Positions 37,592 through 58,991 of a stretch of DNA of 64,000 nt are shown here, in pieces; position 1 is the stretch's first letter, and each line of letters starts with the position of its first letter. The stretch comes from Paraspadella gotoi (lineage: Eukaryota > Animalia > Chaetognatha), in the NCBI GenBank assembly GCA_051294375.1, contig CM119268.1, positions 9,990,370 to 10,054,369 on the forward strand, read 5' to 3'. The position numbers were made by a program, and so were the translations under genes. Below the pieces are notes generated by a model that worked only from the letters and a program-made list of their open reading frames with translations, ran no database searches and was not told where the DNA came from.

Positions 37592-39200
37592 TTTTAATTG
37601 AAAAGGTTAAAGTTTTTAGGAAAAGTTTTAACCTGAAATCGAAAAAGATATATATGACTAATTAAAACAACATAAAAAGCAAAAAAAATTATTATACCAA
37701 TTAAAAAGAATAAAACCCAATCATAAAAAATTGTCCCCAAAAAGAAAAGAACAATTTTCTTTTCAAGAATCAAGTGTGGCAAGTAAACGGGACTAGGTTC
37801 AGATCAAGAATGAGTTTACCATGGCAAATGGCAAATGGCCAGAGATTGAGTGAGAGAGAAGAGAGAGAGAGAGAATGGAAATCCATTTGAGATTCGTGAT
37901 CTTATGAGGTCTAGTGTTGCTGGTGCCACACATGGCTATATACCCACTCTCAGAACAGCTTTAGACTTTAGTCTTTAAACACGGAATGATACGTTTTTAA
38001 CAAGAGCGGTAGTGATGTGATACAATTGTAAATTTAATTTAAAAAAAAAAACGAAAAAACTTGATCAAATCTAACGTTTATGTAAAGCCAGGAAGCCCGC
38101 AAGCCATGGAAAAGAACGATTGCGGATCGTATTTTACGAGCTAACCAAACCCGTAAATGTTAATAATTTTTTTTGAAAAATAATTTAGTAAAGTCTCCCA
38201 ATTACCATTTAGCGGAAAGGAGGGAGGGAGGGCGAAACATGGAAGTTATCTCGGTCTCTTCAGTTTCAAAAACTCGAAAACCAAGACGACCGTACAATTT
38301 TTGTTGTGGGTGGTTTTATGAAGAATCACCGGTGGACGATGACGATGGGCGCTGACATCTGCGGCGGCACGGATAAGGAACTCCCAACTGATTAGCCACG
38401 CTCCAACATTTTCGACTACGAAAAGAGCTGGACACCAAGACCATGTGCTTGCCGTGAAGATCGGTATAGGCCAAGACAGCCTTCAATACCCGGGACCCAA
38501 AGCCACAATCCCTAGGTTATAACCGAGTGCCTAAAAAAGAAATCAGCACGACGTCCCCCGCATGGAAAGACCCAGTCCATCCGTCATTCGTTAAACCACG
38601 GATCCAGAATAAAATATTGTGCAACATTTCCACTAAAAATTCAGCAAGCCCCTCAGCCCAACTCAAAAGACGTTGGAAAGAACGTAAAAAAAGCAGAGCG
38701 GAAAAAAAACAAGGAGAAGCGCGTCCGGAATCATCGCGATCGGCGGAATCCAACTGGGCCTAGGATTTGATCAGCTCGATATCGGGGCAGGATGGATCAT
38801 TGTCGCGGAGGTAAACGATGGAAGACACCTTGCCGCCTCTTGGGCTGCCGAATAGAATGGGGAATCCGGAGACAAAAAAAAAGCACGCGAGACGGCCTCG
38901 ATCTCAAAACGAGAGTCGTCCCCACCGAGCGAGCGCATGAATTTGTCATCGAGAAAGGCCTCACTGTTCTTTGCGCAACGATCTTCACCGAGGATGTGTC
39001 TCGAGAGAGAGAATTCTGCAAAGTTCTAGGCGTCCCTATTGAAATTGGGACGATGACCTCATAATTGAATGAAAAAGCATCTAAACATTAACATGTCTGT
39101 TAAGAGTCTAATGAGAAAGGGTAAAAAGCAGTAAAATAAATTATCAAATAAATTATCGGCAATGTTTAACAATGGAAAACCAATAAATAATAAAGTAAGA

Positions 39201-40536
39201 CTAAAGAAATCGAACAGCTATCACAGTCGGTAAAAAAGAATGTAACCATCGAAACAAAATGATCCGACATAATCTCCAGAGCGAGATGAGGTCTCCGTTG
39301 GCAAAACGGTTTACGATAATTGGCGAAATACAGGTCAGCGGAATCCCTCGACCATATAACACCATCCAAGTGGAGCTGTCCAATTGAAGCGCACTTGAGC
39401 CACCCGCCGGCAGGTGGACGCTTTCACCTTATAAGAATAAATGGGTTAAATCCAGCTTATTTCTCAAAATCCTAAATGAATAAGTCAAATGGGCCTCTTA
39501 AGTTGTAAAAAAATTGTATGAAAATTTTCAAAATTACTTGTTTCACTATTTTCTATTTTATTAAAGCTTTACTATGTAATTTGTATTATTTAATTTTATA
39601 TATATATATATATCTAATAATTTATTTTTGGGAGGGGGAAGTCAGTATTGTCTTCTTGAAATAGAAGGGGCATCTATACAACACAAGGTTAGAGTACAAT
39701 CTGTCCTAGTTTACTAATAGATATCATGAATCATTCCTGTTAGAAAGTTATTAATGAGAATTTATAATATCTAAGAGGCTGAACAGAGAGGGATGGGAAA
39801 GGATAATTTTTATTATATACTAATTATTATATTAGTCACCCGGAATATAACGAATCCCTCCTGTAAGACCTTCGTTCCAAACTTTTACCGAGCCCTGCGC
39901 AAACAAAAGAAGCCTATAATTAATTTGCTTACAATTACAATTAAATGCGAATAGTTCGCACAACAACGACTTTAAACCTGTACTATCGTAGACGAGATGT
40001 TAGCAAAGCATCGCGGCGCGAAACCTGACGTTTCGAGCGCCGTTCCATGGAAAATCAAAAACTCTCTGGACGATGCGTAGAGAAATGCCGAGGCGCTCAC
40101 TGAAAAGGAATAAAATAATAAATCCTTTTTCAACGAAATACAATGGTCATTTTTATGAATCTTACCCAATCCGCCCGTTCCTGTCCAGACCCACTGAAGT
40201 TGCGAAGCGTCGACTAAGCCGCTCTTCCGGTCGCCGTAGATAATCCGAAGCTCTTTCAAAATTGCGACGAATGACGTTCGGTGATCTTGACCGAATGTTT
40301 GACTGCCTACGTTTTTTCGCGTCACGCGAGCGATTTCCGCTTCGTCGAAAACATAACTAAATAAAGAGAAGAGCAAACTTTGTAGTATGTTTTGGTACGG
40401 AAGTGATAAAAGGCCTTGGTCGCCGACGTCGCGATGCTTAAATTGAGAGATGATCTCACCTTTTATTAGTCCACCATAATGAGAAGAGAAGAATGACGAT
40501 CGAGGAGAGAATGAGGGCTTTCGAGATGCCATCCAT
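39201..40536 (-). CDS. SIGMAR1: Sigma-1 receptor (ERG2/sigma1 family)-like, divergent
   Basis: Spliced: MDGISKALILSSIVILLFSLWWTNKS|YVFDEAEIARVTRK..LQWVWTGTGGL|..FLYASSREFLIFHGTALETSG..NISSTIVQ|GSVKVWNEG..YIPG|ESVHLPAG..TWMVLYGRGIP; collinear with sigma-1 throughout. Confidence 0.8.
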
Positions 40537-41143
40537 CGCATTAGTTTTTTGGGTTTTTTTTTTTTTTTTTTGTTTTGTTTGTTTTATTTTAAAAATTCCC
40601 AAAACCGCCGTTAAAACGGCCTGCCAGTAGCACAAATCTTATTTATGGTGATGCGGCGACAACAATTTAAAGACATGATTAAGGCTGTAAAATTGAGGAA
40701 TGTTTAGAACAAAGCCGATGAACGGTGATAAAAATGTATGATTTTTTTTCATAATTAATTCATTCTTAATTATTTAAAAAAACTCATTGTTAAACTGAAA
40801 ACTATAACGGAAAAGTTCAAAAAAGAAAACAGGACGATTCTAAAGTATCACAGTTAAAATTTAATTTTCTTTACGATTTTCTGTTTAATGTTTGTGTTGT
40901 ATGAAAAACGATAAACTTTACGGATAGAGAATTGTAACCTAGAAATATATGCATTATAAAGTCCCCCCTTCTACGACAGCTTTATCTAATCTGATTTTTA
41001 AGCGACTATGACAGCACTGGCTTAAACCAACGCCCTTTCTCTGATTATTGAAAACGGCTTAAACTCCGACGAAAGAGACGAGAATAGATCGAGTTTCTTT
41101 CCAAAAGGCGAGTCGCCGGTGCGAGCAGTCGAAGAAGAAAATA

Positions 41144-49206
<8,063 letters not shown>

Positions 49207-49399
49207 TTTCATAATCTGATTTTCAGTTTATGATAGAGAAAAATCTCCCGAAATTCCCCCTTTTACTTTTTTTTTTAAAAGTTTATCCGAAAAATCCTAA
49301 TCTGAAGCTAATAACTAGAATTAATGAAACGATGCTCGACAATCTAGTAACAGTTCAAAATGAATACAATTAAATAAAACGTTTTTGTAAATTGTTGCT

Positions 49400-51573
49400 T
49401 CAATCGCTCCGTGGCTCCACGGTAATCCAGATTTCTTCCTTGGGCGTCGTGAGCATTTTGAAATTCTTAGGGATTTCGGCGCGACCGCGTCCGCCGAAGC
49501 CGAGATCTGTCGGCGTTCCGTCAGCGACGTCGCAGTCGGCGTCTCCCGTCTCCAGACTGAATCGGAATTTAAGGGCGAGTTCGGCGACAAGGACGGAGGA
49601 GACGACGTAGGAAAAGGAGAAAGGCGGAAACATCTTGTCGAAGGAGGGAGGCTGCGGAATCGGGAGGAGATTTCCGAGGATTTCCGCCGATTGATGATTT
49701 CGCGTGAAACGGTCAGGGTTAAACTCGAGCGGATTGGACCAAAGATCACGATCGTAGCACAAATCTCCGACAGAGTAGAGAACTAAGCTCGATTTGGGGA
49801 TGGTTTGGGAACCCACGGGGATATCGAAATCCTGTCAAGCGAAGGAAAATGAATATTGTGTATAAAATTGTATATTTCTTAATATAATAAGAATGACTTT
49901 AAAAGAAAAACCAAAAAAACTTAAGTTCACCCTTAATCACCCGATAACAAAAAAACAAAAAAAAAAACAAAAAAACATTCGATTTAATCATCCTCAAAAA
50001 ATAAATTTTAACACAAAATTTAATCAGCTAACCTGCTGCCTTGAAGTCCAAGTGATAAGGGGCACGTGTCTCATCGTTTCCATAACAACAGACTGAAGAT
50101 ATTCGCACGATTCGAGCACATCGAGGGTGATGGCATCCGTATTGTGGGTTTTGTAGCTAGAGCGCAATTCCTCAGCAAGCCTAATGACGATTTATCCGGA
50201 TCATTAATTGGTATAGTAGCATAAAAAATTTCAAAATGAAGGTCCGTACTTGTCGTGTGCGTCAGGGTTTTTGGCCAGACTGTAAAGTGTCCAAGAGACG
50301 ATGTGACCGACAGAATTTAGCAACACCAAGAAATAATTGAGGAGTTGATACGAGACTTCATCCTGCGGAAGATCTTTGTCCATGAGGTAATCCGTCATCG
50401 TCCACCTGTAATCGATTAACGAAAAACTAGTGAACATAACAAGGAAGCGACGCTGAACCGACTTGCCTGGAAGGAACGGTCGCTTTTTCGGCCTCGAACC
50501 AACACTGCACGTGACCCTGAATGACTCGCTGCAATTCCTCTATCGACTCGGAGATGACCTTGGCCCTCCTGGACGAGACCTTGACTCCGTCGACGAGTCG
50601 GTCCGCCACCTCTGCCCAGTATTTGTCAGCCTTTCGCTTGAACTCGAACACGACTCGATCGTCGGCGTAGAAATCCCCGAGGAGAGTAACCGAGGCGCAC
50701 TTGGCACCCAAGGCCAGAGAGGACGACGCCAAAGGAATGTGGCGCAATTTTCCTTTCGTCCTACGCATATAAAATATTGAGATAATTTTTTTTTGTCCAC
50801 AAAAACAAAACGCCGCTTTTTTCATATATTTACAATCAATCAAAGTCCCCTTTCACACTACCCCGTCGTTTGTGCCATCCACTTGTTGGCCAATTCATAG
50901 CTCAATTCCACGTATCGTCCGAAAAGAAAATTGAGAGAGGGTCCGGACCAGGACATGGAATGGATTTTGGCTTCTTGTGACCGTTGGTGGTGGCCGAGAT
51001 TAGGATCCATCGTCTGAGAAGTCATCGTTCCCGTCGCGTTCGTGGTCAAAGAGCGAGGAACCAAGGGCTCGAGAAGTCGGAAAAGATGGCCGGGTTTATC
51101 AGCGAAGGCTCTGAAACGGATGGAATTTAAAATAACCAACTTCTGCGACGGGTGGGGCATATTTGCAGGGTGACTCACTTCATGTGTTCTTTAACGAGTT
51201 TCCAATCGGCGAGGCTGACGACGAGCTGCTTGCCGATATGAAACGACACCATCTTTCCAAACTGCTTATGAATTCGACTAGTGTAGCGAAAGAGACTCCC
51301 GTCTTCTTTCGCGATTTCCAACAAATTGCCCTCGGTCGAATCCATAGACAATGGACCTAAAGAGTTTAGATTATCATTGCAACTATGTGGTCGTGGTAAA
51401 CCATTCGGCTTTAAAAAGAAGATTACCAGCCCAATCAGTTCAACCCCAAAGTCAATATCTGAACCTGGGATCGATGTCGATGCTCCTCCGAAGAATCCCG
51501 GATTTAAATAAAGCACCAAGGTGATCAATCCGACGGCGACCGAGACGCCGAATATGGCGAAGGCCATCAACAT
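49400..51573 (-). CDS. CYP20A1: Cytochrome P450 CYP20A1-like, lacking the heme-ligating Cys
   Basis: MLMAFAIFGVS..LVLYLNPG..SIPG, EGNLLEI..GSLFRY..FGKMVSFHIGKQLVVSL (CYP20 N-terminus); ExxR ETMR; FNPDRF; FSYVVSSVL. Confidence 0.78.
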
Positions 51574-51742
51574 CGTTCCGATGAGTGAGTCACTTAATTT
51601 CTCGAACTGACGCTAGCACAGCATCACTTATTGTTTCTAAGCATCGAACTCGGGGGCTTAAATAAAAACATAGCGAGAAATGAGTAACGTTTGTAGGAGC
51701 GGAACTCTTGACTGGCGAAAAAAAAGTAAGCAACGGTAAATA

Positions 51743-53073
51743 TCAGGCTTCCTTCCCGGGGAATATCGTCCGAAATGTGAGATTTATCCTGGGTCCTCGA
51801 TCGTGGTACTCTTTCGGTACGCGGTGCTGCCAATCCTCCTGAGTTGCTCCTTCCATTATCAGGAGACTCCCGTGAGGCAATGGCACGCGGATAGTTTGAC
51901 TCATTCGAAAATCATCTATGAAAAATTATGAAAAATAAGCCCGACTAACAAATCAAAGGGTAAAATATTACTTTCGCCTTTAAAAAAAACATTATAAAAT
52001 TAAAACCAAGAACGGTAATTCTAATGTGTTGCGCCGCAGAGACTATTTTCACGTATATTTCCTTTGATCACATGATATGACATGACATGACAAAAAACTT
52101 TCTAACCCCCCTCTAACCCTGGTCAGCGAAAGTAAAATTTACCCAATCAAAGTTTCCGAGTCAGATCACCTCTTTCCAACGGAGGCTCGGGTTTTTTTCG
52201 AAGTTCAAAGATCCGAACGTCGCCAAAGCTGAAAGAGGCGATGATAGGCTGTCGTCCGAGAAGCGGTTCATCGTCGGAATGCCATCCGATGCAATCTTTT
52301 CCGTCTCTACCAAGGGAAACAGTCGATCCAATCATTAATTTATGGAACTTGTGACGATAAGCAACTTGCCCAAGAGACCTGTAGTGATTAGCTAGACAAG
52401 AGTTGAATGCGTAGCTCGTGACACTCTCGACCCTATCTTTAATCATTGTGACGACCGGTGTCCACGGGTGGGGCTTTTGCAGCACTCCCGAGTATCGATA
52501 TTCAAAATCGCCAAACCAAGCAGTTAGTCGAGGCTCGAGGTATTCATCCCTTCCTTCTTTGCTAAATTAGCAAAATAATAAATGCCTGAAGGATATATCA
52601 TAAAATAAGATTCCCCCCCCCAGCCCGGAGTCCTCCTTATTACGCCCTAACCTATTGCGTTGCTGTTGCCAAGGCAATTGCGCCAACAAGTCCTTGAATA
52701 TCCAATCCGCTTCTTTGGCGTCAAAAAAGCGCGGAAAAAAGCGAAGTCTCGACGCCGCCGTCGGACCGGCGCTGATCTCTCGAAGACCCTCTGTTTCCAG
52801 GGTGATCTCATCCGGGGTTCGGAGAAGTTCGTCGGCGGTCGGTGCGCGAAAAACGAATTTTGGAGGGTTCGGGCTGGAGGGGAAGGCGGGATTGAATTGG
52901 TGTATCGGGGCGGGATGGTTATGGGTATATGAAGTTGCTGATTTCGAGTCTTTGACAGAGTGCGAAGTTTCGGATCTGGAGAAATTGCCAGTGCCCCGAC
53001 GGACGCCGCCCCCACCGCCTCCCCAAGCACCTTGAACTCGGGAAGGGTTCTTCTTTTTATTTTTAACTTCCAT
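51743..53073 (-). CDS. ALKBH3: Alpha-ketoglutarate-dependent dioxygenase AlkB homolog 3
   Basis: RVQGAW, EPRLTAWFG, FNSCLANHYRDGKDCIGWHSDDE, IASFSFGDVR, LPHGSLLIMEGATQEDWQHRVPKEYHDRGPRINLTFRTI. Confidence 0.95.
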
Positions 53074-53448
53074 AGTATTTCTTATCGACTGGTACGAAGT
53101 CCTTTCATTCCGAAAACAAGCTGAAAGAAATAATTTTATTATGCGAATCAAGAGTCCAAAAGTTTTTCATAAATGAAGCAACTGTGTTCTCGACGTCTCC
53201 GTACGAGAACACACAAGGTAAATCTTTCGGTCGAAACTTGAACATTGTTAACATTAGAAAACGTCCGAAAGCCAAAAAAATCGATTAGTAGATGATAAGA
53301 CTTCATGGCTAATTCAATAGGACAAAAAAATTCAATAAATTAAATATAACAACTGAGCCAAACAACGCAGAGGTCTCAAAACATTAGTGCGAGTAACAAT
53401 ACAATATCGTAAGATACATTTGGGATTAATTCAATCGATTATTTTCTT

Positions 53449-54657
53449 CTATTTTGAGGCAAGATTTTTCCCGAGAAATGAAAAGTCAAACATTTGTATG
53501 TCAGATTCGAAAAATCCAAACTTGACGTAAAGCTTCCTGGCCCTGTGCCACACGAGGAAAGTGGAGAGGGTAACCGACTTATATTTATTTACGACGCAAA
53601 AGTCCAAAGCTTCCTTGATCAGCATCGATGCAATGCCTCTGTTTTGATGAGACCGTTTTACCATGAGTCTCTTTAACTCGGCTACGGGAGGGTCAATGCT
53701 CAAAATCCAGATAGCAAATTTTTGAAAGAACGTTGGCGTAGGGTTAATGAACGAATCGCCCGGGGCCACAGCTGCAAATTAAGATCAAAACGGTTTCCGG
53801 ACTACTGTTTCGCTGAAAACCGCAAAAACACTGACCGATACATCCGACGACTCCGTGACCTATGACCTCTGCGACCAAAAGACAACTTCGACGCCTGCGG
53901 ACTCGACCAACTCCTTCTGCAGTTGTACACCTAAATTTGCAAAACATGTTCAAATTAACTATCAAATGCTTCCTTGCAATTTGTGCGGGAAAAAATTAAG
54001 AAAAAATTAGCAATCATTCAAATTCAGTGAGTTAACTAATAGCATAGAGATAATACTGCTTGTTTTTTTAATCAAAACGAACCTAAATTTTTCGACCATG
54101 CCACCGTGAATCGTATCGTCGTGAATCATAAGCCTGGGCCAAAGCCAAATCCATAAAAATGTCCAAGAGATTCGCTTCAAGAGGAGCAAAACAGCGGCGA
54201 GAAAAGCAAACTGGAAAAGAGATAAATAGCGCGTTCATCTCTCTATATGGTTCCTCCCAGTCTCCAATCAACGAAAATCAATAAAGTAGGTAGTCACTAG
54301 TCCGTAAGCAAGCTCAAAAAAAAAAAAAAAAAATATTGTATTGGCAATTACCAAAAGTGAGGACGTAAACACGTAAACGACATATCCAAGAATGAGAAAC
54401 TTGGGCATTTTTCTCGGAGTGACGAGTTCGTGCCAAATGCTTGGCTTTAATAAATTTTCAAACGTGTACGTTTCCTTGACTAGATTTTTCAGCGACTCGT
54501 TGTCTTCCTTGCTGGCCTGTCTGATTCGCACGGTAGGCGTCGCTGCGCACAAGGGAGAGTTCGGGGTCGACGAAAGAGTTTGGGCTGATGCCTCAGGTAC
54601 TCTTCGACGCATCGGTGCATCATTTGTCGCCGTCGCTGACTCATCTTGAAAAGTCAT
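53449..54657 (-). CDS. NAT8/Camello-like membrane GNAT N-acetyltransferase
   Basis: VRIRQASKED, hydrophobic segment, LLVAEV..VVGCIAV, AELKRLMVKRSHQNRGIASMLI (acetyl-CoA motif A), TLST..ARKLYVKFGF. Confidence 0.75.
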
Positions 54658-55091
54658 ATTTTTTAAAAAAAACTTTTTTTTCGGAATTTAATCTTTGTCC
54701 AATATATGAGCATTATTTAGTTGTTTCACTGAGCGAGAACAAAGATAAATTTTGAAAGATAAATTGGAAGAAACTAAAATCCGTAAACTATATTTAACAA
54801 GAAAACGAAACAAAAAATGACTATGATAGAAGATTGTAAAATTTAAACTTACTTTGGTACGCATAAAACTACACAATTAGTTCGATCGGCTTCAACGATA
54901 AAATGAGAACAAGTAAGACTAATTAGAACCCAATAACCAATAAACCGTCATCCTTTTCTCGTCTGGAAGTTCAATCGCAGGTCTACTATCCAGCAGATCG
55001 TGCGCTAAACTATCGACGATTCCGAAGATCCTTAGACACCAATGCTTCAAGCTCACAATTTCGAAATAAAGTTGGTCCAGGGGGGAGGGAG

Positions 55092-56566
55092 TCAATCGTC
55101 CTTGCAGGTACTTAACGCCATCTCCGCCTCTTCCTTGAGCTCGTTCAAGGTGATGTCCATCTTCTCTCTAGCGAAGTCGTTGATCTCTAGTCCTTGGACG
55201 ACTTTCCAGTGGCCGTTAGAGATGCTCACCGGAAACGAGTACATCGTTCCTTATAATTTTTTTTAAAACGTTATTAACTTATTATAAAATAATTCTATGA
55301 ATGATGCTCGAATACCTTTCGGAATATCGTAGCTTCCGTCAGAGGAAACGGCCATGGACACAAACCTTCCTTCCCCGGTCCCAAAATGCCAATCTCTAAA
55401 GATGGAAGTATTACAAGTATTATTCATTAATATTTAATATTTGGCAAAGGAAAAGCATATTTCTAACCGAACATGGTCGCAAATGGCTTTAGCGGCGGAC
55501 ATAGCGGAGGAGAGTTTTCGAGCTTTGATCACCGCGCCGCCGCGTTGCTGGACGATCTCGATGAACTCGTGCTTGAGCCAGGAATCGTCCTACGTGTGAA
55601 TGGTATACATGAATGAATGAATGAATGAATGAATGAATGAATGAAGGAATGAATAATAAAAAGAAAGGAAAAAAATAAAGACAAAATTCATACCTTCAAC
55701 GAATCGACAGCCTTGACGACCTTTCCCTCTTCCTCCTCGACGATAGCGTGAAACCCGTCCGGGAACTGCGTCGACGAGTGGTTGCCCCAGATGACGACGT
55801 TGGCAACACGATCGTTGCGTTTGTTGAGCCGCATCGCGATTTGCGCCTGAGCACGATTTTGATCCAAACGGGTGAGGGCGCTGAAGTTGTCCTCGGGAAT
55901 AGAGGGCGCGTATTTGCGGCAGATGAAGGCGTTAGTGTTGGCAGGGTTGCCTGCGAGAGATAGGGAAAAAAGGGAGAAAGATGAAATCACATTCGCCAAA
56001 GCAAAAAAAATTGAAAAATTATTATCCTCGAATTCGTGTTCTCACCAACGACGAGGACCTTAACGGTCTTTTTGGCGTATTTGTCGATATTTTGACCCTG
56101 CGACTTGAAAATCTTGACGTTGGCCGCTAAGAGGTCTTTTCGTTCCATTCCCTCACGACGCGGCATGGCGCCTACGAGCAACGCGTAGTCGATTCCAGCG
56201 AAAGCCTGATAAAAAAACAAGATTAAAGGATAAGTACGAGAGTGTGGGAGAAACGAATGTCGTACCTCTTCCTCTTTGCAAGTGGCTACCACGTCGACCA
56301 GCAATGGCAACGCGGAATCCTGCAATTCCATTACAACTCCGTCCACAATGCCCATGCAAGGTGCAATGTCGAGGAGGTGCAGAATGATTGGTTGGGACTG
56401 AAAAATTATCAATTATTACATAATATACAAATAAATTTCAAATAATCAGTCAACCAGCAATGCTTACCGATCCAAACACATCTCCCTTGGCGAGAGAATA
56501 CAGCAGGGAGTAGGCGATCTGTCCGGCGGCGCCGGAGACGCAAACTTTCAGCGGATTGGACTCCAT
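55092..56566 (-). CDS. MDH1: Cytosolic malate dehydrogenase
   Basis: [92 protein letters not shown]. Confidence 0.97.
55609..55653. repeat. (TGAA)n microsatellite in an MDH1 intron
   Basis: About 9-10 tandem atga/tgaa units. Confidence 0.85.
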
Positions 56567-56798
56567 TTTCGCGACTCGTTTTAAGCGGGAATGAAATCGA
56601 AAGGGAAGCAAAGCAATTCCACACGGAACTACAAAATTGCGATTTAATACCGGCAAGAGAAAAAAGAAAACGGGATTTTAAACATGAAACGAAGACCCTC
56701 TCTCTCGTTTATGAAATGCGATTATGCGAACGAAGAACAAGATAAACCGCTGATTTAAATCACAAAAACTTGTTTTGAAAAAGTTTGGAATTATTTGA

Positions 56799-57631
56799 CT
56801 AGTTCAAGAACTTGAGGTTCCCCAGCGAAGGCATGTCGGGCAATTTGATGTCCTTTATCTTCTGCGGGATGTTCATCTCCTTGACGGCGGAGACAGCCTT
56901 GGCAGGTGCGCCAGCCAAACCGGCTTCGTTCTGCAAAAAGGAAGGCGCTTTTAAAACAACTTAATTAATATGAAAATCGGTTCGAATTATCTCACTTTTT
57001 CCAGCTTATTTTGGTCTTCTATTCGTTGGATGACTTCGTTCATGTTCGTCTCCAATACCATGCCGCCCATGACGATTTCTTGGAGAATATAGTGTACCTT
57101 GTCCACGTGGAAAATAAGGTCCAACTCGCAGACATTCTCGAAACATCTATCCAACGTCTCCACGAAAACCTTAAAGAGTTGGCGGGAAAAAAGTATTTTT
57201 AACAACCAAACAACCAAAAATCAAGTTTTCCTTCTAAGCACCTGGATTAAATCCAGGATTCCCAATTCGCTTTCGGAGGAGTCGACGCAAAATACAAAGT
57301 AGAGAGTGGCGTAATGGCGGTATATAAGCTTGAAGTCTGAACCGCCAATCAACGTTCCGCCCTCTACAAAAAAAATATATAAATAAAAAAATTCATATTG
57401 ATGAAATGCATAACAAAAGTTAATAACTTAATATACATGAAATTGAATAAAATCAAGAAATGGCACAAACTGTTCTTCACCTAAAAAATTGCAGACAGCG
57501 TCGTCTCTTTTTGACACCAGGTGGAAGGTCTCCCTGATGATCTGTTGCTGCTCTGTCTCGGAATACCAGGTGAAAAACTTGGACAAGCGAGGCTTTCCGT
57601 GGTTATTGAAAACCAGCGTGGCTTTGATCAT
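56799..57631 (-). CDS. AP3S1: AP-3 adaptor complex sigma subunit
   Basis: MIKATLVFNNHGKPRLSKF, QQQIIRETFHLVSKRDD..CNFLEGG, YRHYATLYFVFCVDSSESELGILDLIQVFVETLDRCFENVCELDLIFH; S1 and S2 cannot be distinguished here. Confidence 0.93.
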
Positions 57632-57874
57632 CGTTGTTGTATTGAGTAAACGTGTCGAACGAGGTATAAGCGCGAAGACGGAATGGAGTTACTAACAATT
57701 TCTCTAGATGACCTGATCATTCGGTCGTTCTCTTCATCAAACAATCTTCATTCATCTTGGTATAAGGTAGCATCTGCATTAATTAGAAAATAGAACAAAA
57801 ATAATCACAAAAAGGAAAATTTAACCAGCTCTAAAAAGAGCCCTTGTTTTTTTTTGGACATTTTGTATTGCTAT

Positions 57875-58912
<1,038 letters not shown>

Positions 58913-58991
58913 TCGGATTAAAGTGCCAGATTGCAAAAAAAAAAAAACCAACAAATAACTGCAACGAAAAGAAGCAAAAAACGAGCTTTTC

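Noticed and set aside
38246-38530. Minus-strand frame staying open across an in-frame TGA (selenoprotein?)
   Set aside because: No resemblance to a known selenoprotein family, no redox motif and no SECIS that I could identify.
52100-52122. CTAACCC motifs resembling a telomerase RNA template
   Set aside because: Two short motifs inside an ALKBH3 intron with no pseudoknot or H/ACA context.
55011-55094. Possible MDH1 stop read-through to a peroxisomal isoform, as in mammals
   Set aside because: The context is TGA-CTC rather than TGA-CTA, and the extension ends RNRR with no PTS1.
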